Positions 27,267-37,843 of a stretch of 64,000 nucleotides of DNA are shown here, piece after piece. The stretch is from an uncultured delta proteobacterium (GTDB taxonomy: Bacteria > Myxococcota > Myxococcia > Myxococcales > Myxococcaceae). The position numbers and the translations under genes are program-made. Under the pieces are notes generated by a model, which saw only the letters and a program-made list of their open reading frames with translations, was not told the origin of the DNA and ran no database searches. Where the stretch lies: positions 62,385 through 126,384 of the forward strand of contig CAVYSY010000036.1 of NCBI GenBank assembly GCA_963771175.1. Direction: 5' to 3'. Position 1 is the stretch's first letter, and every line of letters begins with the position of its first letter.

Positions 27267-30200
27267 TCAGCCCTGCTCGTCGGTTTTCGGGTCGGAGGGA
27301 GCTGCCTCGGATGCCGGCGAACCGGCGGGCGAGGCGGGTGTGCTCCCCTTTGGGCGGCGAAGTAAATCATTCTTCACCGCGTTGATCTCGGCGTTGGCCC
27401 GCGCGTAGATGTCCTGAACGGTGTTCGACCCCGCCCGGGCCGAGCTGCGCTTGAGCGTGGCCAGTTCGGACGCCTGTCCCTCCAGGCGCTGCTGCTGCTC
27501 CGCGATTGCCGCATCGCGCTCGGCCAGGGTGGCCTGGAGGGTCTCGAGCTCGCTCTGCAGGCGCTCCACTTCCTCGGACAGCTCCAGCACGGCCTCGGAG
27601 TCCGATACCGGCTTGCGCGTTTCGAGCTGCTTGATCTTCTCCCGCAACCCGGCCCGCTCGCTCTCGAGGGCCTGGAGCCGAGCCCCCAGCGCCTCGGCGG
27701 CCTGGGCCTGCTTCGCCTTCTCCGTACGCTCGGCGTCGAGGAACTTCACCGCCTCCGCGGAGGCCGCCTCCAGCGCGGTCACCCGGCCCTCCAGACGGAT
27801 ACGGGCCGCGCGGGCCACCGTGAGATCCGAGCTGAGCCGCTCACGCTCGGACACGAGCCCGGCCTTCTCCGATTCCAGCTTCGCGAACTGCTCCTGCACG
27901 GCCTGCGCGGAAGCCTCCCGCTCCCGGGCCTGCCGCTCGACCTCGTTCGCCTTGGACTCCAGCTCGGCCAGCTTCTCCTTCGCGGAGGCCTCCTGCTCCC
28001 GGGCCTGCTGTCTGGCTTCATCCGCCAAGGCCTCCAGCTCGGCCAGCTTCTCCTTCGCGGCCTCCAGACTGGCGGTGGTCTCCGAGAGACGGACCTCGAG
28101 CTGGCTCGCCGACTGCTCCGCCTCCGAGACCCGCTCCCGCTCCGCCTCGGTGGCCGAGTGGGCCCGGACCAGCTCCGCGCGTACGTCCTCGAGCTGGGCG
28201 CGGGTGGCCTCGACAGCCGCGCGCTCCTTCTCCAGCTCGGCCCGGGCGGCCTCGACCGCCGCGCGCTCCTCCTGGAGGGCGGATTCGAGAGAGGGCGCCT
28301 TGCCCGCGATACGCCGCGCCGATTCGAGCTGCACGGTGAGCAGCTCCGCCTGCTCGTGCTCCGCGGTGAGCCGGGCCTGGGCCTCGGTCAGCTCCGTCTG
28401 GAGGTGCGCGATGTGGGCATCGCGATCGCGCAGGCCCATGTGGGCTTGCTGGAGGGCCATCGAGGCCTGCTGTGCCTGGAACCGGGCGGCCTCGAGCTGT
28501 CCCACCTGGGCCCGCAGCACCGCCAGCTCCTCGTCCTTCCTCGCGAGGTCGTCCCGGAGCCCCTCCAGCTCCACCCGGGACTCCACCGCGTCGCGCTTCC
28601 GGGCCTCGCGCTCCGTGGAGATGGCCTCCTCGCGCGCACGGGCCTCCGCGAGCCGCGCCTCGGCCTCGCGCAGCTTCTCCTCGAGCTCGCGGGCGCGCGA
28701 GTCCAGGCCAGAGGCCCGGGTGGTCTCGGCCTCGTGCTCGGAGCGCAGGCGCGTGAGGGCCTCCTGCTGCTCCTTGGACGTGCCGCGCTCCCACTCCAGG
28801 CTCGACCGGAGCTCCTCGACGAGCTGCTTCTGCTCGACCAGGGCGACGCCGAGGTCCTTCCCCTCGCGCAGGGCCGTCTCCAGCTCCTCGCGCAGGGCCG
28901 CGGCCTCCTGCCGGGCCACCTCCAGGGCCTCGAGCCGCGCCCGCTCGCGTTCGTCCGCGCCCGCCCGGGCGGACTCCAGGTCCGCGCGCGCCTCGGCCAG
29001 CGACTGCTCCACGGCCTCGCGCCCGGTGCGCTCCGAGTCCAGCTCGCGCCGGGTCTCCGCGAGGGTGGCCTCCACCTGCTCGCGTCCCTGCTGCTGGGAC
29101 TCCGCCTCGGTACGGGCCTGGGCCAGCGAGGCCTCCAGTGCTTCCCGCTCCCGCCGTGCCTCTTCGAGCTCCGCCTCGGTCCGGGCGCGCTGCCGCCGCT
29201 CGGTATCGAGGTCCGTCCGGGCGGTACCGAGCGAAGCCTCGGTCTGCGCCTTGCTCTCGCGCTCCCACTCCAGCTCGGCGCGGGCCGATGCGAACGACTC
29301 CTCGGCCTGGGTGCGCTGCTTCCGCTCGGCGTCGAACTCCGCGCGAACCGACGCGAGCGACTCCTCGGCCTGGGTGCGCTGCCGCCGCTCGGTGTCGAGC
29401 TCCGCGCGGACCTGCGTGAAGGCCTCCTCCGACTGCCCATGCACCTGCTGCGCGGAGTCGAGCTCGGCACGGGCGGAGGCCAGCGCGGCCTCGAGCCCGG
29501 TGCGCTGCCGACGCTCCGATTCGAGCGCGGACCGCTCCTGCGCCAGGGTCTCCTCCACCTCGGCCCACTGCCGCCGCTCCGATTCGAGCTCGGCCCGCTC
29601 CTGCGTCAGAGCCGCTTCCACCCCGGCCCGCTGCTGCCGCTCCCCTTCGAGCTCGGTCCGGGTCCTCGCGTTCTCCTCATCCACCAGGAGACGCTGCTGC
29701 CGCTCCGCCTTCAGCTCCGCCCGGGCCCTCGCGAGCGACTCCCGCGCCTCCGCGAGCTGCTGCCGCTCCCCCTCGAGGTCCGCCTGCGTCGACGTCCCCG
29801 CCTCCTCCAGCAGGGTGCGCTGATTCCGCTCGACCTCGAGCTCGGCCTGGACTCGCGCCAGGGCCTCTTCCAGCCGCGCCCTTCCCTGCTGTTCGAGCGC
29901 GAGCCCGGCCAGGGCCTGCTCTCGGGCCTCGTCCGCCTTCGCCCGCTCCTGCTGCTCGGCCGCGATGGTGCCCTGCGTCGCCTTCAGCGCCGCGTCGAGC
30001 CGGGCGATCGACTCCACGTCCGAGGCCCGCGCCCGCTCCAGCTCGGTGAGCGTCGCCTCGGCCTCCACCACGCGCCGCCGTAGGGCACCACGCTCATCGG
30101 CCCACTCCTGCCGTTGGGCCTCCAGCTCGGCGAGGACGCGCGCCGCCTCCTCGCGCGCGGCCACCTCCACCGCCATCTGGTTCTCGAGCCCCTCGGCCCG

Positions 30201-32027
30201 ATGCTGCTGGGCCTCGCGCGCGGCCTTCTCCCGAGCGGCCTCGGCAACAGCCGCCTCCGCCCTCGCCAGCGCCTCCGCGACCGCCTGCTCCAGCCGCTCG
30301 TCCGCGAGCCGGCGCTCTTCCTCGATCGCCGCCTCCAGCTCCGCCGCGGCGTGGACCCGCTCCTGCTCGTGCGACTCCAGGCGAGCCTGGGCCTCGTGAA
30401 GGGCCTGCTCGAGCTTCGCGGCCGCCGCCCGGACGTGCTCCTCCGCGCGCGAGCGGGCCTCCACCTCGGCCTGGAGCTGCTCCACCCCGGCGCGAGCCGC
30501 CGTGAGCTCCGTCTCCAGCCCCCGCCACTCGGCCTCGCGCGCGGTCAGACGAACTTCCGCGTCCCGCCGGCCCGCCTCCGCGGACGACACGCGCCGGGCA
30601 CCGTCCTCCACCTCGCGCGACATGCGCGCCAGGTCCGCGTCGCGCGAGCGCAGCAGCTCCTCGGCCGCCTTGCGCGACGCCTCGGCCCGGGTCACGTCCG
30701 TCTTGAGGTGCTCCACCGCGGCGAGCGCCGTGGAGTACTGCTCGGCGATGCGCAGCTCGCGCTCGCGGGCCGCCTCCGCCTGCCGCCGCAGGTCCTCGAG
30801 CTGCTCCCGAGCGCGCTCGGTGACGAGCCGGTCCTTCTCGCGCTCGACGCGCAGGCCGGCCATCTCGTCCTGCAGCTCGCGCAGGTGGGTGTACGCCTGG
30901 GTGAGGCGCTCGCGCGACTCCTCCAGGGAGGTGTTCAGCTCCTCGCGGCGCGCCCGCTCCAGCCGCAGCGCCTCCTGGGAGCCCAGGGTCTGGATGTCCG
31001 CGTCCTTCCGAGCGCGCTCGGCGGCCTCCAGCTCCAGTCGCTGCTGGGTGAGGCGCCGGTCCGCGTCGGACACGCGCTCCAGGGCCACCTGCAGCTCCAG
31101 CTCGGTGCGGCGCAGGCGGGAGGACAGCTCGTCGCGCTCGCGGGTGGACTCGGGGGTGCCGCGCGCCTGCTCCAACTGCGCGGTGAGCCGGGCCACGTCG
31201 TCGCGGGCGATCTCCAGGGCGGGCTTGAGCTGGGTCACCTCGGTCTCGCGGTCGGTCAGCTCCGCGCGCAGCCGGGTGAGGGACTCCTTGAGGCGACCGG
31301 TGCGCTCCTCCCAGCCCTTGGCGCGCTGGGCCACCTCGTCCAGCTTGCCGCGCGTGAAGGCGAGCGGCTCGGGCGGCAGCTGCACCCAGGTGGGGTCCAC
31401 GATGCGCGCCGGCTCGTGGCCGGCCACCACGACGAAGTAGGCCGCCTCGCTGCCGCGGATGAGGGTGCCGTCCACCGGGAGGCCCTCGCCCTTCTCGAAG
31501 GCGAGCTGGTAGCCCAGCACCGGGGACTGGGTGGCCACCTCCACGTGGGGGAAGTGCGGCGAGAGCGCGTCGAGGAGCTGCCCGTACGTGGGCGGCACGC
31601 CCTCCTCGAGGTCCATGAGCTGCCAGAGCGCCAGCCCCGCCGCGTTGCGCAGGCCGCCGAGGAGGTAGCCCTGCCGATTCACCAGCCGCGCCAGCTCGGC
31701 GAGCAGCGTGGGTGCGCGCACGTAGGGCGCGAGGTCCGCGACGAGCACCAGGTCGAAGCTGCCGGGCTCGAGGTCGTCGTAGACATTGGCGCGGTAGCGC
31801 AGCGTGGCGCTGCCATGGGCCTTCTGCGCCGCCTCCACCGCCTTGAGGTCCGCGTCGCAGGCCACCACGGTGCGGGCCCCGCGCTCCAGGAGGAAGCGCG
31901 CGCTCTCGCCACCGGTGGTCGCGACCGCGTCCACTTCGAGCACGCGGCGGCGTGCGAAGAGGCTCTCCGCGAAGATGTACCGGGGCAACAGCTCGCTGGT
32001 CCCCAGGCGGCGGAATGTGGGATGCAT
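27267..32027 (-). CDS. Methyltransferase-like domain fused to a ~1300-aa coiled coil
   Basis: N-terminal class I SAM-MTase-like fold (RRVLEVD...VVACD...GSFDLVL), then E/A/R-rich heptads. Confidence 0.85.
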   Translation of the reverse strand: MHPTFRRLGTSELLPRYIFAESLFARRRVLEVDAVATTGGESARFLLERGARTVVACDADLKAVEAAQKAHGSATLRYRANVYDDLEPGSFDLVLVADLAPYVRAPTLLAELARLVNRQGYLLGGLRNAAGLALWQLMDLEEGVPPTYGQLLDALSPHFPHVEVATQSPVLGYQLAFEKGEGLPVDGTLIRGSEAAYFVVVAGHEPARIVDPTWVQLPPEPLAFTRGKLDEVAQRAKGWEERTGRLKESLTRLRAELTDRETEVTQLKPALEIARDDVARLTAQLEQARGTPESTRERDELSSRLRRTELELQVALERVSDADRRLTQQRLELEAAERARKDADIQTLGSQEALRLERARREELNTSLEESRERLTQAYTHLRELQDEMAGLRVEREKDRLVTERAREQLEDLRRQAEAARERELRIAEQYSTALAAVEHLKTDVTRAEASRKAAEELLRSRDADLARMSREVEDGARRVSSAEAGRRDAEVRLTAREAEWRGLETELTAARAGVEQLQAEVEARSRAEEHVRAAAAKLEQALHEAQARLESHEQERVHAAAELEAAIEEERRLADERLEQAVAEALARAEAAVAEAAREKAAREAQQHRAEGLENQMAVEVAAREEAARVLAELEAQRQEWADERGALRRRVVEAEATLTELERARASDVESIARLDAALKATQGTIAAEQQERAKADEAREQALAGLALEQQGRARLEEALARVQAELEVERNQRTLLEEAGTSTQADLEGERQQLAEARESLARARAELKAERQQRLLVDEENARTRTELEGERQQRAGVEAALTQERAELESERRQWAEVEETLAQERSALESERRQRTGLEAALASARAELDSAQQVHGQSEEAFTQVRAELDTERRQRTQAEESLASVRAEFDAERKQRTQAEESFASARAELEWERESKAQTEASLGTARTDLDTERRQRARTEAELEEARREREALEASLAQARTEAESQQQGREQVEATLAETRRELDSERTGREAVEQSLAEARADLESARAGADERERARLEALEVARQEAAALREELETALREGKDLGVALVEQKQLVEELRSSLEWERGTSKEQQEALTRLRSEHEAETTRASGLDSRARELEEKLREAEARLAEARAREEAISTEREARKRDAVESRVELEGLRDDLARKDEELAVLRAQVGQLEAARFQAQQASMALQQAHMGLRDRDAHIAHLQTELTEAQARLTAEHEQAELLTVQLESARRIAGKAPSLESALQEERAAVEAARAELEKERAAVEATRAQLEDVRAELVRAHSATEAERERVSEAEQSASQLEVRLSETTASLEAAKEKLAELEALADEARQQAREQEASAKEKLAELESKANEVERQAREREASAQAVQEQFAKLESEKAGLVSERERLSSDLTVARAARIRLEGRVTALEAASAEAVKFLDAERTEKAKQAQAAEALGARLQALESERAGLREKIKQLETRKPVSDSEAVLELSEEVERLQSELETLQATLAERDAAIAEQQQRLEGQASELATLKRSSARAGSNTVQDIYARANAEINAVKNDLLRRPKGSTPASPAGSPASEAAPSDPKTDEQG
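28960..29900 (-). repeat. About a dozen degenerate 63-bp (21-aa) coding tandem repeats
   Basis: Units such as RAELDTERRQRTQAEESLASV / RAEFDAERKQRTQAEESFASA / RAELESERRQWAEVEETLAQE. Confidence 0.75.
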
Positions 32028-32127
32028 GAGTTCGGTCGGCCGAGTATAGCCCTGGGAACGGTTGTCCCAAGGAAAGCATCGGGGAGGGAAATCGCCTCTC
32101 CGCTCGGACGTCTGGGGAGTGAGCGAT

Positions 32128-33000
32128 ATGAATCCGATGATGAACCCTCAGCGCCAGCAGAGCTTCGGCCGCCGGGCCACGAGCGCCTTCACCCGGCTGC
32201 TCGTCACCCTCCTCATCCTCGGCCTGGGCGGGGCGGTGGTCTTCCTGCTCTCCCAGCTCAACGCCCGCACCTTCACCCTGGCCCAGGAGAACGGGCACCT
32301 GGTGGTGATGAAGGGCCGGATGCTGCCGACGGGGTCGGTGCCCTACCGCCCCGGGGATGCGCGGCAGGCGGACACCTACGCCCCCATTCCCCTCGAGGGC
32401 CGGGACGTCTCGAGCCTCCTGGAGCAGAAGTTCACCGAGCGGGACGAGCTGGACCGGGCCCTCTTCCCGGTGCTGGAGGGGCTCGCCCGACCGAGGGTGG
32501 ACTCGGACGAGCCGGGCCGGCTGGAGAAGGGCCTCTACTACCTGCGGCGCGCGGAGCTTCTGTCCGGGCTGTCGGAGGAGCAGCGGCGCGCGCTGGAGAC
32601 GATGAAGGCGGACGTGGCCTTCTTCCAGGCGAGGCAGAAGCTGGAGGAGGCGCGCCGGGACGTGACGGAGGCGCTGACGCAGCTCAAGCTGGCGGCGGAG
32701 AGCCGGAACCGGAACACGCAGCGGGCCAACCAGATGCTCACCACGATAGGCCCGGCGGCACAGGCCCTGGAGAAGGCGCTGCGGGCCGTCGATGCCAGTC
32801 TGGCGGGGTCCGCCGGCATGCCGTCCGAGACGCACCTCCCCGCGCCGGCTCCCGAGGGACAGCAGGCGGCGCCCCAGCAGACTCCCGAGACCCCGACGCC
32901 CGCGGCGCCGCGGCAGGAGCCGGGAGTGCGGAGCACCGACAGCGAGACGCAGCAGCGCCCCACCGGGACGGGGCAGAGCAGCACGGGACCGGAGCACTGA
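32128..33000 (+). CDS. Hypothetical single-pass membrane protein with helical domain and P/Q/T-rich tail
   Basis: [20 protein letters not shown]; typical codon bias. Confidence 0.75.
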   Translation: MNPMMNPQRQQSFGRRATSAFTRLLVTLLILGLGGAVVFLLSQLNARTFTLAQENGHLVVMKGRMLPTGSVPYRPGDARQADTYAPIPLEGRDVSSLLEQKFTERDELDRALFPVLEGLARPRVDSDEPGRLEKGLYYLRRAELLSGLSEEQRRALETMKADVAFFQARQKLEEARRDVTEALTQLKLAAESRNRNTQRANQMLTTIGPAAQALEKALRAVDASLAGSAGMPSETHLPAPAPEGQQAAPQQTPETPTPAAPRQEPGVRSTDSETQQRPTGTGQSSTGPEH

Positions 33001-33052
33001 CTCCGCGCTCGCGTGCGGTATACCTGCGGGCCTCACGAGGAGAGGCACTCGC

Positions 33053-33616
33053 ATGACGATGACCCCGGTTCCCCCCGAGATGAAGAGACTCGAGCCGTTC
33101 GAGCTGGCCCTGCGCGAGGCCGGCATGGGCTACCCCGAGGTCACCGAGGACTTCCCGTGGGGCCACCGGACGCTCAAGGTGAAGGGCAAGGCCTTCGTCT
33201 TCATGGGGATCAGCGGCGAGGAGGGCCTCTTCTTGTCGGTCAAGCTGCCCCAGTCGAACGGTGCGGCGCTGATGCTGCCGTTCGCGCAGCCCACGGGGTA
33301 CGGACTGGGCAAGAGCGGCTGGGTGAGCGCCAACTTCGGCGCGCGCGACACGCCCCCGCTGGAGATGCTGCGCCAATGGCTCGACGAGAGCTACCGCGCG
33401 GTGGCGCCCAAGAAGCTCGTGGCGCAGCTCGGCGGTGGGGCCGGAACACCGAAGGCGGAGAAGGCCGAGGCCGCCCCGGCCAAGAGCAGGGCCAAGACCT
33501 CGCCGAAGAGCAAGACCGCGCCGGTCGCGGCCAAGAAGACCGCGACGAAGAAGACCGCCACCCGGAAGACGGCGGCGAAGAAGCCCGCGGCCAGCGCACG
33601 AGCCCGCCGCGCCTGA
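33053..33616 (+). CDS. MmcQ/YjbR-family protein with Lys/Ala-rich tail
   Basis: [17 protein letters not shown]...YGLGKSGWV...[20 protein letters not shown] upstream. Confidence 0.82.
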   Translation: MTMTPVPPEMKRLEPFELALREAGMGYPEVTEDFPWGHRTLKVKGKAFVFMGISGEEGLFLSVKLPQSNGAALMLPFAQPTGYGLGKSGWVSANFGARDTPPLEMLRQWLDESYRAVAPKKLVAQLGGGAGTPKAEKAEAAPAKSRAKTSPKSKTAPVAAKKTATKKTATRKTAAKKPAASARARRA

Positions 33617-33628
33617 GCCACGCGGTGG

Positions 33629-33658
33629 ACATCACTCGGAGTCGCCTCCGAGTGATGT
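33629..33658. terminator. Perfect 13-bp-stem hairpin between convergent genes
   Basis: ACATCACTCGGAG-TCGC-CTCCGAGTGATGT. Confidence 0.55.
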
Positions 33659-33674
33659 GGCGGACTCCGAGGAA

Positions 33675-34208
33675 CTACTTCCCCTTCATCTGGCCGATGA
33701 AGGCCAGGTTGCGGTAGCGCTCGGCGTAGTCGAGGCCGTAGCCCACCACGAAGACGTCGTCGATGACGAAGCCCTTGTAGTCGATGGGCACCTGGGTGCG
33801 CGCGCGGGCCGGCTTCTCCAGCAGCGTGCACACCTTCACGGACGCCGGGTGCCGGGCCCGCAGGTTCTCCAGCAGGAAGCTCATGGTGAGCCCGGTGTCG
33901 ATGATGTCCTCGATGACGAGCAGGTGCTTGCCCGCCATGGGCTTGCTCACGTCCGTGGTGATGCGGACCTCGCCCGTCGTCTCGGTGCCGCCCTGGTACG
34001 AGGACACCCCGAGGAACTCGAGTGTCAGCGGCAGATCGATGGCCCGCGCCAGGTCCATGGCGAAGAAGGTCGAGCCCTTCAGCACGCAGACGAGCGTGAG
34101 ATCCTTGCCCTGGTAGTCGCGGGTGATCTGCGCACCCAGTTCGCGCACGCGCGCCTGGAGCTTCTGCTCGTCAATGAGGATGCCGACGTCCTGCTCGTAG
34201 AAAGCCAC
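33675..34208 (-). CDS. hpt: Hypoxanthine phosphoribosyltransferase
   Basis: VLKGS, LLVIEDIIDTGLT, FVVGYGLDYAERYRNL. Confidence 0.96.
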   Translation of the reverse strand: MAFYEQDVGILIDEQKLQARVRELGAQITRDYQGKDLTLVCVLKGSTFFAMDLARAIDLPLTLEFLGVSSYQGGTETTGEVRITTDVSKPMAGKHLLVIEDIIDTGLTMSFLLENLRARHPASVKVCTLLEKPARARTQVPIDYKGFVIDDVFVVGYGLDYAERYRNLAFIGQMKGK

Positions 34209-34218
34209 GGTCCTACCT

Positions 34219-35034
34219 CTACACGTACGCGTTGTTCATGATCTCCCCGAAGCCGCCGCCACCGGGGACGATGTACTGCCGATCATCCAACCCCCGCTCC
34301 TTCTCCCACAACTCGCCGGGAACGGTGCCGAACACCTCGGGCGGTGACATTCCGCGGTCCAGCCGCAGCGCGTACACCACCACATCGGGGTGCTCCTTCG
34401 TAATCTTCCGCAGGAACTCGGGGGTGACGATCAGGTTGAGGCTGAGGATGCGCCGGGGTGTGCCCGCGATCTTCTCTTTGTACATGGACACCGCGGTGGA
34501 CAGGCTGCCGCCGGTGGCGCCCATGGGGTCCGGGAAGAGGACGAACGCGTCGTCGATGTCCCCGCCAATCTTCGCCCCGCCGATGTTCGACCCGACCACC
34601 GTCTCCTTGGCGTCGATCATCCGGCTCATGATGATGTGATCCTGGCGCACCAGCACCGGGTCCACCGTGGTGTTGAGCAGATCGTACGTCACCTGCGAGG
34701 GCAGCGTGCCGGCGCGGGCGATGTTCACCGTCACCGCGCGCACATCCGGGTCGATGACCTCGCCCTGGTAGATGCCCTGGGGCGTGTGGTCGATCATCCG
34801 CGTGGGCAACGAGGCCATCTTGCGCGGGAACTCCGCGTTGATGACCGTCTTCACCAGGTCCGTGTAGAGCAGCGCCACCAGCCGGTTGATCTCCGGCTGC
34901 ACCGTGCCCTTGGCGCACAGACGCGCGAGCTGCGAGAGGAGGAAGGGATTGCCCACCAGGTGGACGTTGGGGCCATACCGGTGGGGCATCTCGCTCAACC
35001 GGAAGGGGACGTTGGAGTAGAGGGTGTCACGCAT
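34219..35034 (-). CDS. upp: Uracil phosphoribosyltransferase-like protein
   Basis: IARAG, PRPP-binding DPMGATGGS, YIVPGGGGFG. Confidence 0.75.
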   Translation of the reverse strand: MRDTLYSNVPFRLSEMPHRYGPNVHLVGNPFLLSQLARLCAKGTVQPEINRLVALLYTDLVKTVINAEFPRKMASLPTRMIDHTPQGIYQGEVIDPDVRAVTVNIARAGTLPSQVTYDLLNTTVDPVLVRQDHIIMSRMIDAKETVVGSNIGGAKIGGDIDDAFVLFPDPMGATGGSLSTAVSMYKEKIAGTPRRILSLNLIVTPEFLRKITKEHPDVVVYALRLDRGMSPPEVFGTVPGELWEKERGLDDRQYIVPGGGGFGEIMNNAYV

Positions 35035-35054
35035 GGCACGGGCCTCCAGGGCTT

Positions 35055-35657
35055 TCAGTGGCCGAACAGATCGAGCGTCTGAGGGGGAGTGGCCTCGGTG
35101 GGCTCGGCCCGGTGGCACTTGCGGCAGCGCGCCTCGTAGGCCCCGGCGGCGCCCACCACCACGCGCTCTCCGCTGTCCACCAGCCGCTGCGAGCGGTTGG
35201 CCGGATTCCCACACACCACGCAGATGGCCAGTTCCTTCGTCACGTACTCGGCGATGGCCAGCAGTTGGGGCATCGGCTCGAAGGGACGCCCCTGATAATC
35301 CTGATCCAGCCCCGCGACGATGACGCGGATGCCCCGATTGGCCAGGGCCTCACACACCGACACCACCTCGGGCCCGAAGAACTGCACCTCGTCGACGCCC
35401 ACCACCTGCGTCCGGGGGGAAAGGTGGTGGAAAATTTCTTCAGCCCGTTCGATCGGGATGGACGTCAATTTCAGCTGGGAATGGCTGACGACCTGGGTCT
35501 CGTCGTAGCGAGTGTCCAGCTTCGGCTTGAAGACCTGGACTGTCTGCTTTCCGAAGACGGCCCGTTTGACGCGGCGAATCAACTCCTCCGTCTTGCCGGA
35601 GAACATCGAGCCGCAGATGACCTCTATCCACCCGATATCTTTGGGAAATTGATGCAC
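35055..35657 (-). CDS. tdk: Thymidine kinase
   Basis: GSMFSGKTEELIRR, DEVQF, GLDQDY, CxxC...RCRKC zinc motif. Confidence 0.96.
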   Translation of the reverse strand: MHQFPKDIGWIEVICGSMFSGKTEELIRRVKRAVFGKQTVQVFKPKLDTRYDETQVVSHSQLKLTSIPIERAEEIFHHLSPRTQVVGVDEVQFFGPEVVSVCEALANRGIRVIVAGLDQDYQGRPFEPMPQLLAIAEYVTKELAICVVCGNPANRSQRLVDSGERVVVGAAGAYEARCRKCHRAEPTEATPPQTLDLFGH

Positions 35658-35853
35658 GAGGAGGACTCGACCGGAGGCTGTGCGGGAGTGCGGGTCTCCT
35701 CTGACATGCCCCCTCTGGGACGTCAACTATCCAATGGGCAAGCAAGCGGGCGATCATCCTGGACCGTCCGCCCCGCCGCTCACCCGCGCGCCCCGCCTCC
35801 ATTGGCAAGCATCTTGAACCAGCGACGCCCCGGTTCCAACGGGGGAGGCACGG

Positions 35854-36225
35854 GTGGCGGCGACGACTCAGGTGACGCGCGGGGCGGGTATCGCAGGTAT
35901 CGAGGGGGCTTCGTTCCACATCACTCCAGCGGCCGTCCTGCTGCTGGTGCTCAACCTGCTGGATGGGCTCTTCACCCTCACCTTTTTACAGCTGGATGTG
36001 GCCGAGGAGCTGAACCCGCTGATGCGGCTGGCCTACGAGCACTCGCCCCTGGCCTTCATGACGGTCAAGGTCACCATCGTCAGCCTGGGGCTCACCCTGT
36101 TGTGCCTGCATCGCTCGATGCGGCTCAGCCAACGGGCCATCCAGGCGGGGGCGGCGCTCTACGTCGTCATCGACGTGTACCACCTCGCCTTCCTGGCCCA
36201 TTTGTGTCTTCACGGCATCGGTTGA
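35854..36225 (+). CDS. Small membrane protein (DUF5658-like)
   Basis: LNLLDGLFT...ELNPLM...F..VK pattern; three TM segments. Confidence 0.7.
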   Translation: MAATTQVTRGAGIAGIEGASFHITPAAVLLLVLNLLDGLFTLTFLQLDVAEELNPLMRLAYEHSPLAFMTVKVTIVSLGLTLLCLHRSMRLSQRAIQAGAALYVVIDVYHLAFLAHLCLHGIG

Positions 36226-36315
36226 GTCACAAGAAGCCCGGACAGACTTGATTTTCCAGGCCGGACTGTCCCAGGCTCGCCCGCCAGCTCGGACCACAAG
36301 GGTCTTGGGGGGACC

Positions 36316-36615
36316 ATGAACATCACCGACGTCAAGGTGTACCCGGTCGACGAGGATAAGCTGAAGGCCTACGTCACCATCACCTTGGACCACTGCTTCG
36401 TCATCCGGGATCTGAAGGTCATCCACGGCGCTTCCGGCCTGTTCATCGCCATGCCGGCCAAGCGACGCAAGGACGGGACCTACAAGGACATCGCCCACCC
36501 GCTCAATGCCGACACGCGCAACCAGATGGAGCGCACCATCCTGTCGGAGTACGAGCGACACCTGCAGACAGCAGCCGGGGGAGAGACCCTCTTCCCGCCC
36601 GTGGAAGCCGACTAG
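36316..36615 (+). CDS. spoVG: SpoVG-family nucleic-acid-binding protein
   Basis: MNITDVKV...LKAYVTITLD.CFVIRDLKVI.G..GLFIAMP...YKDIAHP. Confidence 0.93.
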   Translation: MNITDVKVYPVDEDKLKAYVTITLDHCFVIRDLKVIHGASGLFIAMPAKRRKDGTYKDIAHPLNADTRNQMERTILSEYERHLQTAAGGETLFPPVEAD

Positions 36616-36703
36616 CCAGGCGGTCGACGGAGACCCGGCACCACCGGGCAAGCAAGATGGAAGGTGCTTCCCTTCCGTCACCGGCCGCGCTAGTAGCGCG
36701 ACC

Positions 36704-37654
36704 ATGCAGCCTCGCGACTTCAAGGTGTTCTCGGGGAGCTCCAACCCAGCTCTGGCCCGCAGTATCTGCGAGTACCTCAAGCGCCCCTTGGGGAATGCCA
36801 CCGTGGGTCGATTCTCCGATGGGGAGATCCACGTGGAGATTGGCGAGAACGTGCGCGGACACGACGTCTACATCGTCCAGTCCACGTGCCCGCCCGCGAA
36901 CGACCACCTGATGGAACTGCTCATCATGTGCGACGCGCTCAAGCGCGCGAGCGCCGGCTCCATCAACGCCGTCATCCCCTACTACGGGTATGCCCGGCAG
37001 GACCGGAAGGTCGCGCCGCGCACCCCCATCACCGCCAAGCTGGTGGCGGATCTGCTGGAGGTGGCGGGGGCCACACGCGTGGTGTCCATGGACATGCACG
37101 CCGGGCAGATCCAGGGCTTCTTCAACATCCCGTCGGATCACCTCTACGCCTCGCCCGTCTTCCTGGACGATGTGCGCAAGAAGTTCCCCGACTCGCAGGA
37201 GATGGTCATCGTCTCGCCGGACGCGGGCGGCGTGGAGCGGGCGCGCGCCTACTCCAAGCGCCTCAACTGCGGGCTGGCCATCATCGACAAGCGCCGGCCG
37301 CGCCCCAACGCCTCCGAGGTGATGAACCTCATCGGCGACGTGAAGGGCAAGGACGCGGTGCTGGTGGACGACATGGTGGACACCGCGGGCACGCTCACCC
37401 AGGCGGCCGCCGCCCTGAAGGAGCGGGGCGCTCGCCGGGTGGTGTCCTACGCCGTCCACCCCATCCTCTCCGGGCCGGCCATCCAGCGCATCCAGGACTC
37501 CATGCTGGAGGAGGCGGTCTTCACCGACACCGTGCCCCTCTCTCCCGCCGCCCAGGCCTGCGGGAAGATCCGCGTCCTCACCACCGAGCGCCTCTTCGGC
37601 GAGGCCATCGCGCGCATCCACCGCGCCGACTCGCTCAGCTCGCTCTTCGTCTAG
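36704..37654 (+). CDS. prs: Ribose-phosphate pyrophosphokinase
   Basis: FSDGE, PYYGYARQDR, VSPDAGG, VDDMVDTAGT. Confidence 0.97.
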   Translation: MQPRDFKVFSGSSNPALARSICEYLKRPLGNATVGRFSDGEIHVEIGENVRGHDVYIVQSTCPPANDHLMELLIMCDALKRASAGSINAVIPYYGYARQDRKVAPRTPITAKLVADLLEVAGATRVVSMDMHAGQIQGFFNIPSDHLYASPVFLDDVRKKFPDSQEMVIVSPDAGGVERARAYSKRLNCGLAIIDKRRPRPNASEVMNLIGDVKGKDAVLVDDMVDTAGTLTQAAAALKERGARRVVSYAVHPILSGPAIQRIQDSMLEEAVFTDTVPLSPAAQACGKIRVLTTERLFGEAIARIHRADSLSSLFV

Positions 37655-37843
37655 ACGTCGAAGCGCCTCCCTGCCCACCGGGCGGCTTGACTCCAGCCGC
37701 CCGCGCTGGCATGTCGCACCCCACACCACGCCGGCCCTTCTCTTCCATGAGGCGCCGTCTCGGGGCCCGCCACGGGGCGGGATGCCAGAGGCGCCGGGGT
37801 TTCCGGCGAGGTCACACCGCAGTCCCCATACCGAGGAAATTCC

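Noticed and set aside
36616..36703. tRNA between spoVG and prs (a tRNA-Gln lies near prs in some bacteria)
   Set aside because: No cloverleaf, T-loop GTTCRA or CCA end visible.
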